Source of the DNA: the human T2T-CHM13v2.0 reference genome, Homo sapiens
Reading direction: 5' to 3' (one strand)
Length of the DNA stretch: 64,000 nucleotides
Assembly (NCBI RefSeq): GCF_009914755.1
Contig: NC_060948.1
In this document: positions 14,101 through 27,778 of the stretch, one piece after another
Layout of the letters: each line of letters starts with the position of its first letter
Position numbering within the stretch: position 1 is the first letter of the stretch
Program-made: the position numbers and the translations under genes
Notes under the pieces: generated by a model
What the model was told of the DNA's origin: nothing
The model's database searches: none
What the model saw: only the letters and a program-made list of their open reading frames with translations

Positions 14101-16698
14101 AATTGAGTGGACACGAATGGAATGGACTGGAATGGAAAGGACTCGAATGAAATGGAGCGCATTAGAATGGACTCGAATGGAATGGATTGGAGTGGAATGG
14201 TCTCAAATGGATTGGAAAGGAATGGAATGGAAAGGAATAGAATGGAATGTAATCAAACGGAACGAAATTGAATGGAATGGATTCGACTGGAGCAGAATTG
14301 AATGGAGTGGAATTGAATGGAATGGAATGCAATCGAATGGAATGGACACGAATCGAATAGAATGAAATGAAATGGCATAGAATGGAATGGAATGGAATGG
14401 AATGGAATGGAATGGAATGGAATGGAATGGCATGGAATGGAATGACATGGCATGGCATGGCATGGAATGGAATGGAATGAAATTGATTGGAATGGGATGG
14501 GCCCAAAAGTAATAGACTCCAATAAAAAGGACTCAAATAGAATGAACTGGAAAGAAACGGTCTCGAATGTAATTTATTCGAATAGAATGATATTGAATGG
14601 AATGCAACAGTATGGAATGTTATCGAATAGAATGGAATAGAATGGAAGGGAATGGAACGGAATGGAGTGCAATTGAACGGACTCAAATGCAATAAATTGC
14701 AATATAATTGATTCAAATGGAATGGAATCGAATAGAATGTAAACAAATGGAATGGAAGGCAATGCAATGGAAAGGAATCGAATGAAATGGAATAAATGGA
14801 ATGGAATGGAATGGAAAGGACGCGAATATATTGGACTGTTAAGGAAAGGTGTCAAATCGAATTTATTCCAATAGAATGGAATCGAATGGAATGCAATACT
14901 ATTGAATCGAATCGAATGCAATGGAATTGAATGGAATGGACAGGAATTGGAATGAACTGGAAGTGAATGGACAGGAACGTAATATATTGCAATGTAATTT
15001 ATTCAAATGGAATGGAATGCAATCGAATGGAATGGACTCGATTGGAATGGACTGGAGTGGAATGGACTCAAATGGAATGGCAAGGAATGGAATGGAATGG
15101 AATGGAAAGCAAAGGAATCTACTGGAATAGAATCGAACGGAACAGAAAGGAATGGAATGGAACGGAGTGGAATGGACTCGAATGGAATGTATTCGAATGT
15201 AATGGACCTAAAAAGGAATGGAATCCAATGGAATGGAATTGAATGGAATCAAAAGGAATAGAAAGGAATAGAGTGTAATTGAATATCGAAAGGAAGGGAA
15301 TGGAATGAACTCGAATGGAATGCACTGGAATGAAATGGACTCGATCAGAACGGACTGGAGAGGAATGTACACAAAAGGAATGGAAACGAATGGAATGGAA
15401 TGAAATGGAATTGAAAGGAACGGAATCAAATGGAATGGAATGGAATGGAATGGATTGGAATAGAATGGATTCAAATAAAATAGAATCGATGGGAATGGTA
15501 TTGAATGAAAGGGACTTGAATGGAATGCAAAGCAATGGAAGATATTGGAATCGAATGGCATCGAATGAAATGGAATGGAACGGAATGGAACGGAACCGAA
15601 TGGAATGGAATGGACTCAAATGTAATGGACACCAATGGAATCGACTGAAATATAATAGTGTCGAAAGGAATGGCCTCGAGTGGAATTTATTTGAATAGAA
15701 TGGAATCAAATGGAATACAATACCATTGAATGGAATCGAATGGAATGGAATCGAATGGAATGTAATCAAATGGAATGGAACGGAATTCAATATAAAGGAG
15801 TAGAATGGAATGCATTGGAAAGGAGCAGAGTGGAATCAAGTGGAATGGAATCGAGTGGAATGGAATCAATGGGAACAAAATCGAATTGAATGGACTTGAA
15901 TGGAATTGACTCGAAAGGAATGGACTGGAACAAAAAGGAATCAAATGGACAGGAATGGGATGGAATGGACCCGAATGGAATGGAGTCAAATGCAAACGCA
16001 TCGAATGGAATGGATTGAAATGGAATGCAATGGAATGGAACAGAAAGGAAGAGAATGGAATTGAGAGTAATGGAAAGATATCGATTGGAATGAAATGGAA
16101 TGGAAAGGAATTGAATGGAAAGGAATGGAGTGGAAAGAAATGGATTGGAATGGAATGGTCTCCAATGGAATGGACTGGAGTGGAATGGAATCGAATGGAA
16201 TGAAAAGAATGGAACGGAATGGAACGGAAAGGAATAGAATGTTATGGAATCCGATTGGACAGAATGGAATGGAATGGAGTTTCATGAAATGGAGTCGAAT
16301 AGAGTGGCATCAAAAGGAATGGAATGGAATGGAGTGGACTCAAAAGGAATGGACTCGAAAGGAATGGAGTCGAACCAAACTGATTCAACTGGATTGAATT
16401 CGAACAGAATGGAATGGAATGGAATGAACTCGACTGGAGTAGAGAGGAATGTAAAGGAATAGAATGGAATGTAATCAAATGGATTGCAAGTGAATGGAAT
16501 CAAAAATAATAGAAAGGAATGGAGTGTAAAGGGATGATATTGAATATAATGGAATGGAATGGAATTTAATGGAATGGAGACGAAGGAATGGACAGGAATG
16601 TAATGGACTCCAATGGAATGGAATGGATCAAAATGGATTTGAACAGATTGGAATCGAACGGAATGGAATGCAATGGAATGGAATGGACTCGAATGGAG
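11119..16698 (+). repeat. Higher-order unit 3 (5580 bp), type B, carries (ATAAT)9
   Basis: Landmarks at 11119 and 16699. Alleles GGTAATTGAAAG (~11964), GTCGCCGAA (~12513), GGTATAGAAATGTATAG (~14040) and an ATAAT run. Confidence 0.93.
13296..13340 (+). repeat. (ATAAT)9 microsatellite
   Basis: Perfect 45-bp run read directly from the sequence. Confidence 0.97.
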
Positions 16699-19600
16699 AA
16701 GAGACAAATGGAATGGAAACGAATTCAATGGAATTGAAAAGAATAGGATGGAATGGCGTGTAATGGTAAGATACTAAGTGGAATGGAATTGAATGGAATG
16801 TAATGGACCCAAATGTAATGCACTCGAAAGGAATATACTCAAATAGAATGGAATCGAAAGGAAAGGTCTCAAATGGAATTTATTCAATACAATGGAATCG
16901 AATGGAATGCAATAGAATGGAATGGAATCGAATGTAATGGAATCAAGTAGAATGGACCAGAATGGAATGGACTGCCATAGAACGGACTGCAGTGTAATGG
17001 ATTGAATTCTAATTCATTCAAATGGAATGGAATTGAATGGAATGGAATCCAATGGAATGGATAGGATTGTACTGGAATGGAATAGCATGGAATGCAACGG
17101 AGTGGAATGGAGTTGAATGAAGTGGAATGGAATCGATTGGAATGGAATCAAATGGAATGGACGGGAATGGAATGGACTGGAAGAGAACAGACTGGAATTT
17201 AATGGATTGCACTGTAATTGATTCAAATGGAATGGAATCGAATGGAATGTAATAAAATTGAAGGGATTTGAGTTCAATGCAATGGAATAGAATGGAATGC
17301 AAAGGAAAGGAAAGGTACGGAGTGAAATCGAGTGTAATGGAATCGAATGGAATGAAATGGAATGGAATGGACTCAAAAGAAATGGACGAGGGACAAAACG
17401 GAATCGAACTGATTGGAATCGAACGGAACGGAATGGAACGGAATGGTCTCCATTGGATCGGAGTAGAACGGACTGGAATGGAATGGAATGAAATGGAATG
17501 GAAAGGAATAGAATGGAATGGAATGGAATGGAATGGAATGGAAGGTAATGGAAAGATATCGAACGGATTGGAAAGGAATGGAATGCACCCTAATGGAATG
17601 GAATGGAATTCAACAGAAACGAATGGAATGGACTGGAGTGAAATGGAGTCGAATGTAATTGACTGGAGTGGAATGGACTCGAAAGGAATGGACTCGAATA
17701 GAATGGACTGGAATGGATTGTACTCGAATGGAGTGGAATGGAATAAAATGGATTCCACCAGATTGGAATGGAACAGAATGTAATGGAATGGAATGGAATG
17801 CAACGGAATAGCTCCAATGGAATGGAGTCGAATGCAATGGAACAGAAAGGAAAGGAATTGAATGGAATTGAAAGGAATAGAACAAAATGGAGTGCAAAGG
17901 AAAGATATCGAATGGAATGGATCGAAAAGAAATCGAATGGAATGGACAGGAATGGAATGGAATAGAATGGAATAGACTGGCGTGCAATGAAAACGAATGG
18001 AATGGAAACGAATGGAATGCAATGGAAAGGAATGGAGTAGAATAAATACTATGGAATGGAATGGAGGCGAAAGGAAAAGAATGGATTGGAATGTCACCGA
18101 ATGGAAAGATATGGAATGGAAAGGAATGGATACGAATGGAATGGAATAGAAAGGAACGGAAAGGTAAAGAATGGAATGGAATCGGATAGAATGGAATGCA
18201 ATGTAATGGAGTCGAATGGAAAATAATCGTGTAGAATGATATCGAATGGAATGGAATTGAATGGAATGGAATGGAATGGACTCGAATGGAATGTACTCAA
18301 ATGGATTAGAATAGAATGGAATGGAACTAAACGTAATGAACTCGAATGGAATGGACACAATTAGAATGGAAGAGAAAGGAATGGTATTGAATGGAATTTA
18401 TTCGAATAGAGTGGAATTGAATGGAATGCAACAGTGTGGCATGGAATCAAATGGAATGGAATCGAATGGAATGGACCCGAGTGGAATGGACTCACATAGA
18501 ACAGCCTCGAATGTAATGGATGACAATGTATTAGATTCGAAAGGACTGAAATCGAATGGAATGTAATCAAGTAGAACGGAATTGAATGCATGGAATGGCA
18601 TAGAAAGTAACGCAATGGAATGGAATAGACTGGAATGGAATGGAATCGGATGGAATGTAATGAAATGTAATGGAAGGAATGCCATGGAATGGAATGGAAT
18701 GGAATGCAATGGGACGGTGTATAATGGAGTGCAATGGATTTCAGTGGAATGTAGTCAAAAGGAAAGAAATAGAATGGAATTCAATATAATGGAATGGCAT
18801 CCAATGGCAAGGAATGGAGCGGACTCCAATGGAAACGACATGAAAGGAATATAATATAATGGAATGGCATTGAACGAAATGGAACGCAATGGAGTTAAAA
18901 GGTAAAATATCGAATGGAAAAGAATTGAATGGACTCGAAAGGAATATAATGGAATGGAATGGACTCGAATGGAATGTACTAGAGTTGAATGGAATCGAAT
19001 GGAATGGAAAACAATGGAAAGGAAAGGAAGGGAATTGAAAGGAAAGGAATAGAATGGAATGGAATCGGATGGAACGGAATTGAATGGAATGGAAACTACA
19101 GGAATAGAATAGAAAGGAATCGCATTGAATGGAATGGAATGGAATGGAATCAGATGGAACAGAAAGGAATGGAATAGAATCGAATGGAATGGCATCGAAT
19201 GGATGGAATGGAATGGAATGGAATGGAATAGAAAGGAATGGAATGGACTCGAATGGAATGTACTCAAATGGAATAGAATAGAATGGAATGGAAGTAAATA
19301 TAATGGACTCGAATGGAATGCATTGGAATAAATTGGAATTGAGTGTATTGGATTCGAATGGAAAGGAATGGAATGGAATGGAATGGAATGGAATGGAATG
19401 GATTCGAATGGAATGGAATCGAATGGAATGGAACGAATTGGAATGTAATTGAATGGAGTCAAAAACAGTAGAAAGAAATAAAGTTTCATCGAATGATATC
19501 GAATGGAATTGAATAGAATGTACGCGAATGGAATGGACTGGAATGGAATGGAGTGACATGTAACGGAATCGAAAGGAATGGAATCCAATGAAATGGAATT

Positions 19601-22193
19601 GAATGGAATAGAAATGAATAGAATGGAATGGAGATTAATGGAAAGATATTAAAATAATGGAATGGAATTGAGTGGACACGAATGGAATGGACTGGAATGG
19701 AAAGGACTCAAATGAAATGGAGCGCATTAGCATGGACTCGAATGGAATGGATTGGAGTGGAATGGTCTCGAATGGATTGGAATGGAATGGAATGGAAAGG
19801 AATAGAATGGAATGTAATCAAATGGAACGAAATTGAATGGAATGGATTCGACTGGAGCAGAATTGAATGGAGTGCAATTGAATGGAATGGAATGCAATCG
19901 AATGGAATGGACACGAATCGAATAGAATGAAATGAAATGGCATAGAATGGAATGGAATGGAATGGAATGGAATGGAATGGAATGGAATGGAATGGAATGG
20001 AATGGAATGGAATGGAATGGCATGGAATGGAATGACATGGCATGGCATGGCATGGAATGGAATGGAATGAAATGGATTGGAATGAGATGGGCCCAAAAGT
20101 AATAGACTCAAATAAAAAGGACTCAAATAGAATGAACTGGAAAGAAACGGTCTCGAATGTAATTTATTCGAATAGAATGATATTGAATGGAATGCAACAG
20201 TATGGAATGTTATCGAATAGAATGGAATAGAATGGAAGGGAATGGAACGGAATGGAGTGCAATTGAACGGACTCAAATGCAATAAATTGCAATATAATTG
20301 ATTCAAATGGAATGGAATCGAATAGAATGTAAACAAATGGAATGGAAGGCAATGCAATGGAAAGGATTCGAATGAAATGGAATAAATGGAATGGAATGGA
20401 ATGGAAAGGACGCGAATATATTGGACTGTTAAGGAAAGGTGTCAAATCGAATTTATTCCAATAGAATGGAATCGAATGGAATGCAATACTATTGAATCGA
20501 ATCGAATGGAATGGAATTGAATGGAATGGACAGGAATTGGAATGAACTGGAAGTGAATGGACAGGAACGTAATATATTGCAATGTAATTTATTCAAATGG
20601 AATGGAATGCAATCGAATGGAATGGACTCGATTGGAATGGACTGGATTGGAATGGACTCAAATGGAATGACAACGAATGTAATGGAATGGAATGGAAAGC
20701 AAAGGAATCTACTGGAATAGAATCGAACGGAACAGAAAGGAATGGAATGGAACGGAGTGGAATGGACTCGAATGGAATGTATTCGAATGTAATGGACCTA
20801 AAAAGGAATGGAATCCAATGGAATGGAATTGAATGGAATCAAAAGGAATAGAAAGGAATAGAGTGTAATTGAATATCGAAAGGAAGGGAATGGAATGAAC
20901 TCGAATGGAATGCACTGGAATGAAATGGACTCGATGAGAACGGACTGGAGAGGAATGTACACAAAAGGAATGGAAACGAATGGAATGGAATGAAATGGAA
21001 TTGAAAGGAACGGAATCAAATGGAATGGAATGGAATGGAATGGATGGGAATAGGAGGGATTCAAATAAAATAGAATCGATGGGAATGGTATTGAATGAAA
21101 GGGACTTGAATGGAATGCAAAGCAATGGAAGATATTGGAATCGAATGGCATCGAATGAAATGGAATGGAACGGAATGGAACGGAACCGAATGGAATGGAA
21201 TGGACTCAAATGTAATGGACACCAATGGAATCGACTGAAATATAATAGTGTCGAAAGGAATGGCCTCGAGTGGAATTTATTTGAATAGAATGGAATCAAA
21301 TGGAATACAATACCATTGAATGGAATCGAATGGAATGGAATCGAATGGAATGTAATCAAATGGAATGGAACGGAATTCAATATAAAGGAGTAGAATGGAA
21401 TGCATTGGAAAGGAGCAGAGTGGAATCAAGTGGAATGGAATCGAGTGGAATGGAATCAATGGGAACAAAATCGAATTGAATGGACTTGAATGGAATTGAC
21501 TCGAAAGGAATGGACTGGAACAAAAAGGAATCAAATGGACAGGAATGGGATGGAATGGACCCGAATGGAATGGAGTCAAATGCAAACGCATCAAATGGAA
21601 TGGATTGAAATGGAATGCAATGGAATGGAACAGAAAGGAAGTGAATGGAATGGTCTCCAATGGAATGGACTGGAGTGGAATGGAATCGAATGGAATGAAA
21701 AGAATGGAACGGAATGGAACGGAAAGGAATAGAATGTTATGGAATCCGATTGGACAGAATGGAATGGAATGGAGTTTCATGAAATGGAGTCGAATAGAGT
21801 GGCATCAAAAGGAATGGAATGGAATGGAGTGGACTCAAAAGGAATGGACTCGAAAGGAATGGAGTCCAACAAAACTGATTCAAATGGATTGAAGTCGAAC
21901 AGAATGGAATGGAATGGAATGAACTCGACTGGAGTAGAGAGGAATGTAAAGGAATAGAATGGAATGTAATCAAATGGATTGCAAGTGAATGGAATCAAAA
22001 ATAATAGAAAGGAATGGAGTGTAAAGGGATGATATTGAATATAATGGAATGGAATGGAATTTAATGGAATGGAGACGAAGGAATGGACAGGAATGTAATG
22101 GACTCCAATGGAATGGAATGGATCAAAATGGATTTGAACAGATTGGAATCGAACGGAATGGAATGCAATGGAATGGAATGGACTCGAATGGAG
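16699..22193 (+). repeat. Higher-order unit 4 (5495 bp), type A with a private 95-bp deletion
   Basis: Shares unit-2 alleles (GCACCCT ~17585, ACTACAGG ~19095, CATTAGCATGG ~19725, GATGGGAATAGGAGGG ~21043). Deletion junction at ~21640. Confidence 0.93.
19945..20019 (+). repeat. (GAATG)15 pure tract, the longest I noticed, followed by a GGCAT cluster
   Basis: 75 bp of uninterrupted GAATG, then GGCATGGAATGGAATGACAT(GGCAT)3. Confidence 0.9.
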
Positions 22194-25100
22194 AAGAGAC
22201 AAATGGAATGGAAACGAATTCAATGGAATTGAAAAGAATAGGATGGAATGGCGTGTAATGGTAAGATACTAAGTGGAATGGAATTGAATGGAATGTAATG
22301 GACCCAAATTTAATGCACTCGAAAGGAATATACTCAAATAGAATGGAATCGAAAGGAAAGGTCTCAAATGGAATTTATTCAATACAATGGAATCGAATGG
22401 AATGCAATAGAATGGAATGGAATCGAATGTAATGGAATCAAATAGAATGGACCAGATTGGAATGGACTGCCATAGAACGGACTGCAGTGTAATGGATTGA
22501 ATTCTAAATCATTCAAATGGAATGGAATTGAATGGAATGGAATCCAATGGAATGGATAGGATTGTACTGGAATGGAATAGCATGGAATGCAACGGAGTGG
22601 AATGGAGTTGAATGAAGTGGAATGGAATCGATTGGAATGGAATCAAATGGAATGGACGGGAATGGAAGGGACTGGAAGAGAACAGACTCGAATTTAATGG
22701 ATTGCAATGTAATTGATTCAAATGGAATGGAATCGAATGGAATGTAATAAAATTGAAGGGATTTGAGTTCAATGCAATGGAGTAGAATGGAATGCAAAGG
22801 AAAGGAAAGGAACGGAGTGAAATCGAGTGTAATGGAATCGAATGGAATGAAATGGAATGGAATGGACTCAAAAGAAATGGACGAGGGACAAAACGGAATC
22901 GAACTGATTGGAATCGAACGGAACGGAATGGAATGGAATGGTCTCCATTGGATCGGAGTAGAACGGACTGGAATGGAATGGAATGAAATGGAATGGAAAG
23001 GAATAGAATGGAATGGAATGGAATGGAATGGAATGGAAGGTAATTGAAAGATATCGAACGGATTGGAAAGGAATGGAATGGACCCTAATGGAATGGAATG
23101 GAATTCAACAGAAACGAATGGAATGGACTGGAGTGAAATGGAGTCGAATGTAATTGACTGGAGTGGAATGGACTCGAAAGGAATGGACTCGAATAGAATG
23201 GACTGGAATGGATTGTACTCGAATGGAGTGGAAAGGAATAAAATGGATTCCACCAGATTGGAATGGAACAGAATGTAATGGAATGGAATGGAATGCAATG
23301 GAATAGCTCCAATGGAATGGAGTCGAATGCAATGGAACAGAAAGGAAAGGAATTGAATGGAATTGAAAGGAATAGAACAAAATGGAGTGCAAAGGAAAGA
23401 TATCGAATGGAATGGATCGAAAAGAAATCGAATGGAATGGACAGGAATGGAATGGAATAGAATGGAATAGACTGGCGTGCAATCAAAACGAATGGAATGG
23501 AAACGAATGGAATACAATGGAAAGGAATGGAGTAGAATAAATACTATGGAATGGAATGGAGGCGAAAGGAAAAGAATGGATTGGAATGTCGCCGAATGGA
23601 AAGCTATGGAATGGAAAGGAATGGATACGAATGGAATGGAATAGAAAGGAACGGAAAGGTAAAGAATGGAATGGAATCGGATAGAATGGAATGCAATGTA
23701 ATGGAGTCGAATGGAAAATAATCGAGTAGAATGATATCGAACGGACTGGAATTTAATAGAATGGAATGGAATGGAATGGACTCGAATGGAATGTACTCAA
23801 ATGGATTAGAATAGAATGGAGTGGAACTAAACGTAATGAACTCGAATGGAATGGACACAAATAGAATGGAAGAGAAAGGAATGGTATTGAATGGAATTTA
23901 TTCGAATAGAGTGGAATTCAATGGAATGCAACAGTGTGGCATGGAATCAAATGGAATGGAATCGAATGGAATGGACCCGAGTGGAATGGACTCACATAGA
24001 ACAGCCTCGAATGTAATGGATGACAATGTATTAGATTCGAAAGGACTGAAATCGAATGGAATGTAATCAAGTAGAACGGAATTGAATGCATGGAATGGCA
24101 TAGAAAGTAACGCAATGGAATGGAATAGACTGGAATGGAATGGAATCGGATGGAATGTAATGAAATGTAATGGAAGGAATGCCATGGAATGGAATGGAAT
24201 GGAATGCAATGGGACGGTGTATAATGGAGTGCAATGGATTTCAGTGGAATGTAGTCAAAATGAAAGAAATAGAATGGAATTCAATATAATGGAATGGCAT
24301 CCAATGGCAAGGAATGGAGCGGACTCCAATGGAAACGACATGAAAGGAATATAATATAATGGAGTGGAATATAATATAATATAATATAATATAATATAAT
24401 ATAATATAATATAATATAATGCAATGGAGTTAAAAGGTAAAATATCGAATGGAAAAGAATTGAATGGACTCGAAAGGAATATAATGGAATGGAATGGACT
24501 CGAATGGAATGTACTAGAGTTGAATGGAATCGAATGGAATGGAAAACAATGCAAGGGAAAGGAAAGGAATTGAAAGGAAAGGAATAGAATGGAATGGAAT
24601 CGGATGGAACGGAATTGAATGGAATGGAAACTAAAGGAATAGAATAGAAAGGAATCGCATTGAATTGAATGGAATGGAATGGAATCAGATGGAACAGAAA
24701 GGAATGGAATAGAATCGAATGGAATGGCATCGAATGGATGGAATGGAATGGAATGGAATGGAATAGAAAGGAATGGAATGGACTCGAATGGAATGTACTC
24801 AAATGGAATAGAATAGAATGGAATGGAAGTAAATATAATGGACTCGAATGGAATGCATTGGAATAAATTGGAATTGAGTTTATTGGATTCGAATGGAAAG
24901 GAATGGAATGGAATGGAATGGAATGGATTCGAATGGAATGGAATCGAATGGAATGGAACGAATTGGAATGTAATTGAATGGAGTCAAAAACAGTAGAAAG
25001 AAATAAAGTTTCATCGAATGATATCGAATGGAATTGAATGGAATGTACGCGAATGGAATGGAGTGACATGTAACGGAATCGAAAGGAATGGAATCCAATG

Positions 25101-27778
25101 AAATGGAATTGAATGGTATAGAAATGTATAGAATGGAATGGAGATTAATGGAAAGATATTAAAATAATGGAATGGAATTGAGTGGACACGAATGGAATGG
25201 ACTGGAATGGAAAGGACTCGAATGAAATGGAGCGCATTAGAATGGACTCGAATGGAATGGATTGGAGTGGAATGGTCTCAAATGGATTGGAAAGGAATGG
25301 AATGGAAAGGAATAGAATGGAATGTAATCAAACGGAACGAAATTGAATGGAATGGATTCGACTGGAGCAGAATTGAATGGAGTGGAATTGAATGGAATGG
25401 AATGCAATCGAATGGAATGGACACGAATCGAATAGAATGAAATGAAATGGCATAGAATGGAATGGAATGGAATGGAATGGAATGGAATGGAATGGAATGG
25501 AATGGAATGGCATGGAATGGAATGACATGGCATGGCATGGCATGGAATGGAATGGAATGAAATTGATTGGAATGGGATGGGCCCAAAAGTAATAGACTCC
25601 AATAAAAAGGACTCAAATAGAATGAACTGGAAAGAAACGGTCTCGAATGTAATTTATTCGAATAGAATGATATTGAATGGAATGCAACAGTATGGAATGT
25701 TATCGAATAGAATGGAATAGAATGGAAGGGAATGGAACGGAATGGAGTGCAATTGAACGGACTCAAATGCAATAAATTGCAATATAATTGATTCAAATGG
25801 AATGGAATCGAATAGAATGTAAACAAATGGAATGGAAGGCAATGCAATGGAAAGGAATCGAATGAAATGGAATAAATGGAATGGAATGGAATGGAAAGGA
25901 CGCGAATATATTGGACTGTTAAGGAAAGGTGTCAAATCGAATTTATTCCAATAGAATGGAATCGAATGGAATGCAATACTATTGAATCGAATCGAATGCA
26001 ATGGAATTGAATGGAATGGACAGGAATTGGAATGAACTGGAAGTGAATGGACAGGAACGTAATATATTGCAATGTAATTTATTCAAATGGAATGGAATGC
26101 AATCGAATGGAATGGACTCGATTGGAATGGACTGGAGTGGAATGGACTCAAATGGAATGGCAAGGAATGGAATGGAATGGAATGGAAAGCAAAGGAATCT
26201 ACTGGAATAGAATCGAACGGAACAGAAAGGAATGGAATGGAACGGAGTGGAATGGACTCGAATGGAATGTATTCGAATGTAATGGACCTAAAAAGGAATG
26301 GAATCCAATGGAATGGAATTGAATGGAATCAAAAGGAATAGAAAGGAATAGAGTGTAATTGAATATCGAAAGGAAGGGAATGGAATGAACTCGAATGGAA
26401 TGCACTGGAATGAAATGGACTCGATCAGAACGGACTGGAGAGGAATGTACACAAAAGGAATGGAAACGAATGGAATGGAATGAAATGGAATTGAAAGGAA
26501 CGGAATCAAATGGAATGGAATGGAATGGAATGGATTGGAATAGAATGGATTCAAATAAAATAGAATCGATGGGAATGGTATTGAATGAAAGGGACTTGAA
26601 TGGAATGCAAAGCAATGGAAGATATTGGAATCGAATGGCATCGAATGAAATGGAATGGAACGGAATGGAACGGAACCGAATGGAATGGAATGGACTCAAA
26701 TGTAATGGACACCAATGGAATCGACTGAAATATAATAGTGTCGAAAGGAATGGCCTCGAGTGGAATTTATTTGAATAGAATGGAATCAAATGGAATACAA
26801 TACCATTGAATGGAATCGAATGGAATGGAATCGAATGGAATGTAATCAAATGGAATGGAACGGAATTCAATATAAAGGAGTAGAATGGAATGCATTGGAA
26901 AGGAGCAGAGTGGAATCAAGTGGAATGGAATCGAGTGGAATGGAATCAATGGGAACAAAATCGAATTGAATGGACTTGAATGGAATTGACTCGAAAGGAA
27001 TGGACTGGAACAAAAAGGAATCAAATGGACAGGAATGGGATGGAATGGACACGAATGGAATGGAGTCAAATGCAAACGCATCGAATGGAATGGATTGAAA
27101 TGGAATGCAATGGAATGGAACAGAAAGGAAGAGAATGGAATTGAGAGTAATGGAAAGATATCGATTGGAATGAAATGGAATGGAAAGGAATTGAATGGAA
27201 AGGAATGGAGTGGAAAGAAATGGATTGGAATGGAATGGTCTCCAATGGAATGGACTGGAGTGGAATGGAATCGAATGGAATGAAAAGAATGGAACGGAAT
27301 GGAACGGAAAGGAATAGAATGTTATGGAATCAGATTGGACAGAATGGAATGGAATGGAGTTTCATGAAATGGAGTCGAATAGAGTGGCATCAAAAGGAAT
27401 GGAATGGAATGGAGTGGACTCAAAAGGAATGGACTCGAAAGGAATGGAGTCGAACCAAACTGATTCAACTGGATTGAATTCGAACAGAATGGAATGGAAT
27501 GGAATGAACTCGACTGGAGTAGAGAGGAATGTAAAGGAATAGAATGGAATGTAATCAAATGGATTGCAAGTGAATGGAATCAAAAATAATAGAAAGGAAT
27601 GGAGTGTAAAGGGATGATATTGAATATAATGGAATGGAATGGAATTTAATGGAATGCAGACGAAGGAATGGACAGGAATGTAATGGACTCCAATGGAATG
27701 GAATGGATCAAAATGGATTTGAACAGATTGGAATCGAACGGAATGGAATGCAATGGAATGGAATGGACTCGAATGGAG
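22194..27778 (+). repeat. Higher-order unit 5 (5585 bp), type B, carries (ATAAT)10
   Basis: Shares unit-3 alleles (GGTAATTGAAAG ~23039, GTCGCCGAA ~23588, GGTATAGAAATGTATAG ~25115, ATAAT run). Confidence 0.93.
24371..24420 (+). repeat. (ATAAT)10 microsatellite
   Basis: Perfect 50-bp run at the position paralogous to 13296-13340. Confidence 0.97.
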
